A DNA stretch of 61,362 nucleotides from NCBI GenBank assembly GCA_020059045.1, contig JAGVCW010000018.1, positions 91,320-152,681 on the forward strand, in the 5' to 3' direction. A program made the translations under genes and the position numbers. The notes beneath the pieces are model-generated. The model saw nothing but the letters and a program-made list of their open reading frames with translations. It was not told the origin of the DNA and did not search any database. This DNA comes from Minisyncoccota bacterium (GTDB lineage Bacteria; Patescibacteriota; Minisyncoccia; Phycocordibacterales; Zambryskibacteraceae). Positions within the stretch are counted from its first letter, which is position 1. Each line of letters begins with the position of its first letter. Positions 53,621 to 61,303 of this stretch are shown here, piece after piece.

Positions 53621-53650
53621 TTGACATTTAATAGTTAAGTGTGATATAAT
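53621..53650 (+). promoter_or_regulatory. sigma-70-type promoter (TTGACA-18-TGATATAAT)
   Basis: Hexamers at 53621-53626 and 53645-53650. The AAGTGTGATATAAT string is shared with the 6743-6772 promoter. Confidence 0.6.
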
Positions 53651-53697
53651 ACTAATAGAGTCCTTTCACACAGCCGACAACCCTTGATAAGGAAAAC

Positions 53698-54108
53698 ATG
53701 GGAAACAACGTACGAAGGAAAAACCTGGTAAAGGCGTTCTTCGTCTTCCCGCTCACCTTCATCCCCTTCCTCGCATTTGGGATGTGGTCCCTACTGCACG
53801 CGATCGGCGCTGAAACCACAAGCAGAGCAATACCTGCGATCTCGATCGTGATGGGAAGCACCGTCTGGCTGGGGGTCATCTTCCTCGCATGGAGAAGCAG
53901 GACCACGTGGGACACACTGTCGCTGATGGAACGCGGCATGTGTGCCGGAGTGTTCAGCGGCTTTGGGTGGTTCTATGTCAGCGTTACACTCGCATTTCTA
54001 CTGCACGGAGTGTACCTGGCAGTTACCAACCACTTGATACTAGCTGTGGGAATGGCAGTCAGTGCAGTGATTGCCACAGCTGTCTATTACAGGCAACGCT
54101 CGAGCTAG
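53698..54108 (+). CDS. hypothetical 4-TM membrane protein (136 aa)
   Basis: TAAGGAAAA RBS, G+C-rich, followed by a terminator. Confidence 0.65.
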   Translation: MGNNVRRKNLVKAFFVFPLTFIPFLAFGMWSLLHAIGAETTSRAIPAISIVMGSTVWLGVIFLAWRSRTTWDTLSLMERGMCAGVFSGFGWFYVSVTLAFLLHGVYLAVTNHLILAVGMAVSAVIATAVYYRQRSS

Positions 54109-54124
54109 CCGGCAAGTGCTGGTC

Positions 54125-54157
54125 ACAGGGTCGAACCAAATGGTTTGACCCTGTTTT
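54125..54157 (+). terminator. rho-independent terminator
   Basis: Hairpin CAGGGTCGAACC/GGTTTGACCCTG followed by T5. Confidence 0.8.
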
Positions 54158-54190
54158 TATTTACGTGAGGAGTTGTGCTAGAGTTTTCAT

Positions 54191-54754
54191 ATGAGTACAG
54201 AAATAGTAGAGAGGGAGAATAAGATTTTGAGAGAAACTGCAAATGAGGTGCCTATTACGTCTATTACCACTCCTAAAGTAAAAAAGGTTCTTAGTGATAT
54301 GAAGCAAGCACTTGCGTCTCAGGAAGATGGCGTGGCTATTGCAGCTCCTCAGATAGGGATTCCTCTAAGAATTTTTGTTGTATCCGGAAGAATTATTGGT
54401 TACATCAAGGAGGGGCTCGAGGCAGAAGTTGGAGCGAGGCCCAAAGTAGAGTACAAGGACGAAATATATATAAATCCAGTTATAACAAAGTATTCAAAGG
54501 AGAAGGAATATCTCGAGGAAGGTTGTCTCTCCATAAGATACTTATACGGCAAGGTAAAAAGATCTAAGAAAGTGACTATAGAGGCGTACGATGAGAATGG
54601 TAAATTTTTTACTCGTGGCTCAAGTGGCCTTATGGCTCAAATATTTCAACATGAGACAGACCACTTAAACGGAATACTTTTTATAGATACGGCCAAAGAT
54701 GTTGAAGAAGTACTGCCAGAAGAAATGAAAGCAAGATCAAAATATAAGAAATAA
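54191..54754 (+). CDS. def: peptide deformylase
   Basis: GVAIAAPQIG, EGCLS and QHETDHLNG motifs. Confidence 0.95.
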   Translation: MSTEIVERENKILRETANEVPITSITTPKVKKVLSDMKQALASQEDGVAIAAPQIGIPLRIFVVSGRIIGYIKEGLEAEVGARPKVEYKDEIYINPVITKYSKEKEYLEEGCLSIRYLYGKVKRSKKVTIEAYDENGKFFTRGSSGLMAQIFQHETDHLNGILFIDTAKDVEEVLPEEMKARSKYKK

Positions 54755-54843
54755 TTACAAGTTGTAAATGTTATAATTGATAAAATTGTTATATTTGTTC
54801 TACAACTAGAACATCTAGAACACATAAAGCAATTAGAACACCG

Positions 54844-55707
54844 ATGTCTAACCTAAAATTTGTTTTCTTCGGAACACCACGTTTCGCCGTCACAGCACTT
54901 GATATTCTTTTGGAGCACGGTTTTATACCCACTCACATTGTGACGAGACCTGATGCTCCCCAAGGCCGTGGCCTTACACTTACTCCTCCGCCGACGAAAG
55001 TATGGGGTGAAAAGAACGGCATCCCCGTCCTCCAACCACACAAGCTCGACAGAGAATTTAGTGATAAGTTGTCGGTTGTTGGTTGTCAGTTATTTATCGT
55101 TGCCTCCTACGGGAAAATCATTCCAGAAAGTATTTTTACAATTCCAAAATTTGGGACATTGAACATTCATCCATCGCTCCTTCCCAAATTACGAGGACCA
55201 TCACCCATTGAAAGCGCCATTCTTGAGGAAAACGAAACCGGAGTAACAATAATGAAAATCGCGGCGGGTGTCGACGATGGTGAAATACTTGCAAAAAAAT
55301 CTCTGCCTGCATGGGAGCCTACTAACCTACCTTATTTTAGAGATCTAGAAGATCTTCTTGCGCGCACTGGTGCAAATCTTCTTGCCGATTGTATTCCACT
55401 CTATCTAAATGGTGAGATAGAACTTGCTACACAAGTTACAAGTGAGGCGACGTTTTCAAAAAAGATTAAGAAGGAAGATGCTTTAATCGATCTAAGCGAA
55501 GACCCAGTATTAAACTTGAGGAAAATCAGAGCATTCGAAGAGTGGCCTCGTGCCTACACTTACTTCGATATTCGAGGAAAGAGTACCAGAGTAGTAATTA
55601 GTCGCGCATCGATTGAAAGCGATAAATTAGTTATAGAAAAAGTTGTTCCAGAGGGTCGCAAGGAAATGAGCTGGAAGGAGTTCAGTGAAAACTTTTTGAA
55701 ATCCTAA
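54844..55707 (+). CDS. fmt: methionyl-tRNA formyltransferase
   Basis: FFGTPRFAV and NIHPSLLPKLRGPSPIESAIL motifs. Downstream of def. Confidence 0.93.
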   Translation: MSNLKFVFFGTPRFAVTALDILLEHGFIPTHIVTRPDAPQGRGLTLTPPPTKVWGEKNGIPVLQPHKLDREFSDKLSVVGCQLFIVASYGKIIPESIFTIPKFGTLNIHPSLLPKLRGPSPIESAILEENETGVTIMKIAAGVDDGEILAKKSLPAWEPTNLPYFRDLEDLLARTGANLLADCIPLYLNGEIELATQVTSEATFSKKIKKEDALIDLSEDPVLNLRKIRAFEEWPRAYTYFDIRGKSTRVVISRASIESDKLVIEKVVPEGRKEMSWKEFSENFLKS

Positions 55708-55736
55708 CTTACTACTATTATTCAGGTCTCAAGTAT

Positions 55737-56117
55737 TTAATTTCTGTTTCTAAAATTTACAAGACCTTTCAATGCATTTTTCACTTTGAGAGCACCTTTT
55801 TTCATGAGAGTAGTACTCTTGTCTTTGTGGGCAGTAATCTGGCGAACTATTTCATCTTTAACCTCGTCAATTGCAGCATACAGATCATCCTTTTCTGAAA
55901 CTGCGTAGAAATTTTTCCCAGCTGTGTGGAGATTCACTTCTGCTTTAAACACGTCACCCGATTTGTGATGAAGTGTAGTTTTGCCTACTTCTATTGAACA
56001 CTTAGCACTAGTGTCACTTGCATGTATGAATCGATCAAATGTGCTAAATTTTTTATCAATATACTCATCGATCGCTGGCGTAAGTGTAATATTTGTTGCT
56101 TTAATATTTTTTATCAT
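55737..56117 (-). CDS. hpf: ribosome hibernation promoting factor / RaiA family
   Basis: S30AE-family N-terminus IKATNITLTPAIDEYIDKKF. 126 aa. Confidence 0.85.
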   Translation of the reverse strand: MIKNIKATNITLTPAIDEYIDKKFSTFDRFIHASDTSAKCSIEVGKTTLHHKSGDVFKAEVNLHTAGKNFYAVSEKDDLYAAIDEVKDEIVRQITAHKDKSTTLMKKGALKVKNALKGLVNFRNRN

Positions 56118-56185
56118 ATTTATATTCTATTTTATTTAAAAAAAAGCGCCAATACCCTTAAGTACTAGCTGCTTACAACCTGCTT

Positions 56186-56350
56186 TTAGTCTGCGTCGGC
56201 CGCTTTCTTGGCATCATCGGCCCTATCTTGCGCCACATCTGCTTCCTTCTGTGTAGCATCAGCCTCGCGCTCTCGAGCATTTGCTACATCTTTCTCTGCT
56301 TCTGCAACATCTTCTTGTGCTTCTTTACGGTCGCGTGTTGGATCAGTCAT
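56186..56350 (-). CDS. small acidic repeat protein (54 aa)
   Basis: The start is set at the ATG 5 nt after GAGG. It has reiterated E/D-A-x-x-D-V-A units (EDVAEAEKDVANAREREADATQKEADVAQDRADDAKKAADAD). Confidence 0.5.
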   Translation of the reverse strand: MTDPTRDRKEAQEDVAEAEKDVANAREREADATQKEADVAQDRADDAKKAADAD

Positions 56351-56486
56351 GAAAGCCTCGGTTAGGGTCCAGGTCAAATATACTTAGTATGCATGTGAAT
56401 GCCATGAAGAACTGTAGGAAAACTTGAAAAAAAACGTCCTTACGAATTATCGTTAGATGGTTTTATCTTCAACCTTAGCCACCAGG

Positions 56487-56912
56487 CTATTTGAAGTATA
56501 CTGTGAAAGCTAAGGTGACCCTACTGCCTTTACTTCCAATTACTTCTTTTTCATCTTTGTCGTAGAGTGGCCAATCTTCATTCATCACTTTGACGTACAC
56601 ACTTTTAGTTGGCTTACGTAGCGCAAGTTTTCTGCACGCTGCAATAATCCTCTGTGGATCAATTACTTGCCCACATCCATTTGCTGCATACTTCTTCAGG
56701 TTGGGTATATAACCGGTTGCCATTATCGTACAGCTGTGGATATCCCCTAAAACTGAACCAACACTGAAAGTCATACTGGCAAAGAAACCATTCTTACGAA
56801 TATTCTGGAATGCAGCAAGAAACTCAGGGGCCTTAGAAAAAGGGTCAGCTTTGGGCACCGTAGTGACTCCGTGGAAGATGTGAGGGATGTAGCCAAAACA
56901 ATCTAAGTACAA
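56487..56912 (-). CDS. hypothetical protein (start uncertain)
   Basis: The track ORF begins at a TTG without an SD. An internal GTG preceded by GGAG is an alternative start. Confidence 0.45.
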   Translation of the reverse strand: MYLDCFGYIPHIFHGVTTVPKADPFSKAPEFLAAFQNIRKNGFFASMTFSVGSVLGDIHSCTIMATGYIPNLKKYAANGCGQVIDPQRIIAACRKLALRKPTKSVYVKVMNEDWPLYDKDEKEVIGSKGSRVTLAFTVYFK

Positions 56913-57013
56913 AATAGCACGACATGAGAGTTATGTCAATCGACTAAAGATTTAAATTTTGAACAAAAAAACACCAGTCAATCTGACCTGGCGCTATGTA
57001 GTGCAACGAATTG

Positions 57014-57610
57014 CTACTGCCGTTCTGACAATTTTGAAGTGTCAGTCGGCGGTATGACCACTTGAGTTTCCATGTTGAGAATAATTCGAGGAACACTTAA
57101 GGGTTGCTCGGTGATATGGATCATCTGGCCCCCTTCGGGGTAGTGCTGGTGATACACCCCTTTTGAGTCGAACCAGAAGAGATACGGGATTGATGACCCA
57201 TATGTACCATCGTCTTGGATCATCTCCTCAGTACAATGCCGGGTATCCCCCACCAAGAAACCAACTCCTCCACCATCATAGCAGCCATCAGATCGATCAG
57301 AGGAAGTAACCGTCGTTGGTGTCATGCGCTTACTCGAGGATGTGACTTTGCCAGCAACTGTCGAATAGATCAGTATCTGGCCGGAGTAAGCAGAGATCAC
57401 GTACAAATGTTTAATTGATCCAGGTCTGTTGTCGCGTGTGATGCGCTCTGCAATGTTGATTTGCTCGATGGTCAGACCATTTGACTGAGTTTGTACATCC
57501 ACTGTGGCTTGCTTGACGCCTGAGGCAGAAACTGGCTGTTCAGTGCTACACTCTGCAGCCATGAGTAATGGCGCAAACGTGAACACCAACAGCTTTCGAT
57601 GATTACTCAT
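57014..57610 (-). CDS. hypothetical secreted protein (198 aa)
   Basis: AGGAGA RBS and an N-terminal signal-like segment KLLVFTFAPLLMAAEC (an atypical lipobox). Confidence 0.6.
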   Translation of the reverse strand: MSNHRKLLVFTFAPLLMAAECSTEQPVSASGVKQATVDVQTQSNGLTIEQINIAERITRDNRPGSIKHLYVISAYSGQILIYSTVAGKVTSSSKRMTPTTVTSSDRSDGCYDGGGVGFLVGDTRHCTEEMIQDDGTYGSSIPYLFWFDSKGVYHQHYPEGGQMIHITEQPLSVPRIILNMETQVVIPPTDTSKLSERQ

Positions 57611-57638
57611 CTATATCTCCTGTATGTAGGTGGTTGAT

Positions 57639-58121
57639 TTACTTCGTGTGATATGGCTCAATCGTTCGTGGAGCGTCACCTTCAGCATTCTTCCAGTTAA
57701 ACTTGGAAGAGTTCGAGTTGTACTCAGCTGCGAGCGAGTTGTAACTCGCAACGACACCGACGTGTTCGCTCCTCGCTTGATTCGCCTGTTCGCGGACATC
57801 GCGAGGCCACTTGGAGTGATCCTTACCATAGTCGCGTTCGAAGGAAGCCAGACGATCCTCGTATAGAGCGATGTCCGCCTTCTTCTTCGCGAGCTCAGCT
57901 GATGCGTCCTTGAACCACTCATATTTCACGAGTGTAGCCCGTGCTCCAAACTCTTCTCGCGCAACTTGCGCCGTCTCGCTGAACCAACCGAGAGGAATTC
58001 CCGCGAGCATGATGACCAAGCCGAGGCCAGCAATCCATATGATTCCTTTGCTGACAACAGTGAATGCTCCTTTCGGACCACTCTCGAGGTCCTTCTCGTA
58101 CCTATCCCAGCCGCTAGCCAT
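57639..58121 (-). CDS. hypothetical membrane-anchored protein (160 aa)
   Basis: The start is set at MASGWDRY after AGGAGA. It has a single TM helix and forms an operon with 57014-57610. Confidence 0.6.
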   Translation of the reverse strand: MASGWDRYEKDLESGPKGAFTVVSKGIIWIAGLGLVIMLAGIPLGWFSETAQVAREEFGARATLVKYEWFKDASAELAKKKADIALYEDRLASFERDYGKDHSKWPRDVREQANQARSEHVGVVASYNSLAAEYNSNSSKFNWKNAEGDAPRTIEPYHTK

Positions 58122-58273
58122 GATAGCAATTCTCCTGAAAAGAACTCCGCGACGCCCTCGCGTGGGGGAAACTCCTATATTAATTACTAGCACGTTATGT
58201 GCTAAAAGTCAAGCTTCCCGTTATACATACGAATCTATTGATCTTATTTAGTGAACCTGTATAGCCAAAAATC

Positions 58274-58750
58274 TTATTCCGTTGGTTTGAGCTTGACACT
58301 TGTATTTATGAACTCGTCTGCTACAGAGTTGTTAAAGATTTCCGCACATCTTTTAATAATAAGAGGATTTGATACCTGTTCGAGACTTATTCCCCTTTCA
58401 GAAAAGCGTCGTTTATTGATTTCGCTATGGTCAGGGTCAGAAGCACCATACACAACTTTACTAATCCCCGATTCGATAATTAAAGAAGTGCAGTCTTTCA
58501 ATTCTATATTTGTTCTCTTTGTACAAGGCTCTAGTGTGGAATATAAAATAATTTCAGGAGTTATTGTAATATTTTCCGCTCGCACAATTTCTAAAAGAAT
58601 TTCTTCGGCATGACGAAGCCCATCATCTGAACTTGCAGCAGAAGCTATCACTTCATTATTTTTAACCAGGCAAGCCGAAACAGCACCGCGTGGGTCTTTG
58701 GATCGCTGAGCTATTTCAGATAGATGCTCAAATATTTGCTTCTGAGTCAC
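58274..58750 (-). CDS. cytidine/deoxycytidylate deaminase-fold zinc enzyme (RibD-N/dCMP deaminase-like)
   Basis: HAEEILL ... LEPCTKR...C motif (H-A-E ... P-C-x(n)-C). Confidence 0.65.
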   Translation of the reverse strand: MTQKQIFEHLSEIAQRSKDPRGAVSACLVKNNEVIASAASSDDGLRHAEEILLEIVRAENITITPEIILYSTLEPCTKRTNIELKDCTSLIIESGISKVVYGASDPDHSEINKRRFSERGISLEQVSNPLIIKRCAEIFNNSVADEFINTSVKLKPTE

Positions 58751-58856
58751 AACATAAAGATACCAAGTATTTCTAAGTTATCCCACTAATATATGCTTCA
58801 TAATTTAAGTTTGTACAAAAAAAGCCGCCAGAGCCTTCATCATGGCGGTGAATATT

Positions 58857-59231
58857 TCAAACAATGTGTGGGAATCCAACTGTTTCCTTCTCTGCAAGAT
58901 GCATATTGAAAACCTCATCATCGTCACAATTAAGAAGTTCCAGATCAGGAACAATACCTGTGACAATTTCGAGAGCTTTCACTGTATCACCTTGAAGGTG
59001 GAGGCACGGGAAGAACATATTTGTCTCGTACGGTAGACCCGTTTTCTCTCGCAGTAGCGCTAAAATATCGATTGGTGCATAGATTAATGTAACAATTTCA
59101 TCAGGCATAACACTAGGTTCCAATTCCTGGAACAAATTCTGGTAGAGAACCAATCTGCCATTACTCACAACTTCGTATGGACCAGTTGCGTCGCTGATTC
59201 TCGACCCGTACACCAATTGTCGCTTTTTCAT
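58857..59231 (-). CDS. hypothetical protein (124 aa)
   Basis: ORF only. No recognised domain. Confidence 0.5.
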   Translation of the reverse strand: MKKRQLVYGSRISDATGPYEVVSNGRLVLYQNLFQELEPSVMPDEIVTLIYAPIDILALLREKTGLPYETNMFFPCLHLQGDTVKALEIVTGIVPDLELLNCDDDEVFNMHLAEKETVGFPHIV

Positions 59232-59514
59232 CTTTCCTCTTATTCGAATGAATGAGTCAACAACCGATTTCTTTTATCCACAAGACGTCTGTATACCCTT
59301 TCGGCTATTACGAAAATAGCTGGCCATCTGGCGTGCTCCATCATGTTTGCACTTCAGTAATTCTGCGTTCAATTTTTTCGATTCTCCACTTCAAGAATTT
59401 GCTGAGATACTTTTTGAACATGTTGCCTCCCGATATTCATAAGTTGTGGTTTGAAAAAGCTGGGATCTAATTTGATCCTATCATTTATTTGTACAGCGTC
59501 AAATGTGTCTAGAC

Positions 59515-59928
59515 TCATATTAGCCCAGGCTTTTTTGCGGCGGCTAAAAGAGCTTTCTTAAGTACAGGTAGATTCACGTCCTCAAGTTTTTTAAATCTAA
59601 TACAACTTTTACCAACATTCACTTTCCCAAGTTCTTTCTTATACTTTTCTGCGACATATTGGCCAGCATCGATAGAACAGATATATAGACTGATGTAATT
59701 TTTCTGATTCGCTAGAGCTATGGTCGGCCAGCTGATCAGTTCTTTTCTATAGTTTTTGTATGGAAATGATCCGTATCCGAGCATGTTGTAGGCAAAGTGC
59801 GGCTTCAGTTTTGGTACAGTCTTTCGTATGAAATTATCGAGCTTCTTTATCGTATCTTTTCGATCTAGAGGAAGTGCCGCAATGTATTCTGCAGACGTCT
59901 TCGCTTTTGTAGGTTTAAACATATTCAT
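59515..59928 (-). CDS. DUF1801 (YdhG-like) domain protein (recollection)
   Basis: SAEYIAALPLDRKDTIKKLDNFIRKTVPKLKP...GKSCIRFKKLEDV pattern. Confidence 0.6.
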   Translation of the reverse strand: MNMFKPTKAKTSAEYIAALPLDRKDTIKKLDNFIRKTVPKLKPHFAYNMLGYGSFPYKNYRKELISWPTIALANQKNYISLYICSIDAGQYVAEKYKKELGKVNVGKSCIRFKKLEDVNLPVLKKALLAAAKKPGLI

Positions 59929-60067
59929 AAGCCAATTATGAACTAAAAGGGTTACTAAATAAACTGGTTTATATAAAAGATGCTTTATATAGTGAACAAA
60001 TTCGAAACAAGAATTGTATAAAAAAACCTCAACCGAAGCTGAAGTACTGCATCTACCGACGGTAGCT

Positions 60068-60190
60068 TTATGGCATTATCTTCCACCTTTTCAGTGCACG
60101 AACTGCCTCAGCAAAAGTGATATCACCCTCACGATACGCCCTTAGGATACTGCCGGGGCTGTACCAGTATGATAATCTCATCTTTACCAT
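60068..60190 (-). CDS. possible small ORF (40 aa) overlapping the stop of the upstream gene
   Basis: Hand-found. The ATG lies within AAATGGTAA of the upstream stop. The product is MVKMRLSYWYSPGSILRAYREGDITFAEAVRALKRWKIMP. Confidence 0.3.
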   Translation of the reverse strand: MVKMRLSYWYSPGSILRAYREGDITFAEAVRALKRWKIMP

Positions 60191-60474
60191 TTGTTCGAAT
60201 GCTCTTCCCAGACTATCTCCAAGATCTTCTGAAGATAATTCCGATCAACTCGTCTCACCCATGGATCGACGCCTGGCGTAAGACCCTCCTGAATATCGAG
60301 AGTCAGGCCGTAAGAAGTGTTGTTTCCCTGGATATTGGAATTGATCGCCTTGATGTGAGCGATCATTGGCTGTGTTACCTGACTACTAAGTTGCGCGCGG
60401 TTTTCACCCCCATGGATAAAAGTGAATAGTGCTGCAATGTTTGGCCCCGGAACTTCCTCGAACTTTACAATCAT
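60184..60474 (-). CDS. hypothetical protein (96 aa)
   Basis: The start is set at MIVKFEE, 6 nt after AAGGGG. Confidence 0.55.
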   Translation of the reverse strand: MIVKFEEVPGPNIAALFTFIHGGENRAQLSSQVTQPMIAHIKAINSNIQGNNTSYGLTLDIQEGLTPGVDPWVRRVDRNYLQKILEIVWEEHSNKW

Positions 60475-60563
60475 AATGAGCCCCTTACAGTTGAACACCC
60501 CACAGAGGTGTGTCGTGGAAACATTCCACGATGTTTTTACACTAGAAAAACTAACCCATCATG

Positions 60564-60953
60564 TCAAGGTAGTTCAACTGCGAAGGGTCTACAGTAAAAC
60601 TCTAGACGGTATCCATTTGGGTCATCAAACCAAATAAACTCCTTCTTCCCATACTTATCAATTTTCACTCCGCTATTTTGAATATTGCATTCATTAAGAA
60701 TCTTTTCCAGACCTCTTAGCTCATCCATGGTTCTAATACCGAAAGCCAAATGATTTAGACCGTCCCTGTCCTTATCAATTTTCTGAAATTCTCCATAAGG
60801 TAACACAAAGAATATTTTGGTCTCTCCAACCTTGTAGGATAGTGCCTCCTCGTCCGAATGGTCTGGATTACCTAAAAAATTACTGTAGAAATTCTCAGTT
60901 TCCTTCAAATCTTTCACTATTAAGACCATGTGGTCAATAAAACTTGGAAGCAT
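60564..60953 (-). CDS. VOC-family (glyoxalase/bleomycin-resistance/dioxygenase fold) protein
   Basis: IDHMVLIVKDLKETENFYSNFLG ... GLNHLAFGI ... DPNGYRLEF pattern. Confidence 0.75.
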   Translation of the reverse strand: MLPSFIDHMVLIVKDLKETENFYSNFLGNPDHSDEEALSYKVGETKIFFVLPYGEFQKIDKDRDGLNHLAFGIRTMDELRGLEKILNECNIQNSGVKIDKYGKKEFIWFDDPNGYRLEFYCRPFAVELP

Positions 60954-61112
60954 ATTATAAATTTTAATCTAAAAACTTATAAAAGAAAAGAAATCAGCGA
61001 CCAGAGACCTCTTTCATTACATGAACTGTATGGGTTTCGTATCGTACTTCGTTTCACTCGTGCGATATGCTCAACCCTTTCGAGCCCTTAAGAAAGCTCT
61101 GCTTTCTTTCGC

Positions 61113-61140
61113 AGGCAAAACAAAACCCCTTGTGGGGTTT
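61113..61140 (-). terminator. rho-independent terminator
   Basis: Minus-strand AAACCCC-ACAA-GGGGTTT followed by TGTTTTG. Confidence 0.7.
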
Positions 61141-61146
61141 GTGTTT

Positions 61147-61263
61147 GCTCCGCGACCGAGGGTCTCTCACCTACAGCGCGTGACTTTCAGGTTTCTTTTA
61201 CGAAACATAGAAAGTCTTTCTCGCCCTGGCCGCAAGCAAAGTAGTTTGCTTACTTCGCGGAGC
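61147..61263 (-). ncRNA. 117-nt structured RNA candidate with tRNA-Asn-like 9-bp terminal helix (class unknown)
   Basis: The ends GCTCCGCGA / TCGCGGAGC pair with each other. Internal hairpins are AAGCAAA-CTAC-TTTGCTT and GACTTTC...GAAAGTC. The region is bracketed by two terminator-like hairpins. No canonical D or T loops. Confidence 0.35.
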
Positions 61264-61290
61264 ACAAAATCAAAAACCCCTTTCGGGGTT
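61264..61290 (-). terminator. terminator-like hairpin after tRNA-Asn
   Basis: Minus-strand AACCCC-GAAA-GGGGTT followed by TTTGATTTTGT. Confidence 0.6.
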
Positions 61291-61303
61291 AAGATTTTTA
61301 GGG

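Noticed and set aside
57639-58121. LemA-family call for the single-TM 160-aa protein
   Set aside because: The general layout is similar (N-terminal TM helix plus a helical domain). However, I could not align any LemA signature blocks.
59290-59470. Two tiny minus-strand ORFs (26 and 34 codons; GGGAGG before the first; ATGATG overlap with the stop)
   Set aside because: They are too short and unconserved-looking to support without comparative data. They could equally be a leader or noise.
61147-61263. Interpreting the 117-nt element as a canonical tRNA, a tRNA-Sec (long acceptor, 7-bp D-like stem with 4-nt loop) or small SRP RNA
   Set aside because: There is no GG D-loop, no TTCGA-type T-loop and no 7-nt anticodon loop with a TCA or other sensible anticodon. 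It is too long for tRNA-Sec. The CAGG...GAAACATAG segment lacks the GNRA loop and AGCA strand of SRP.
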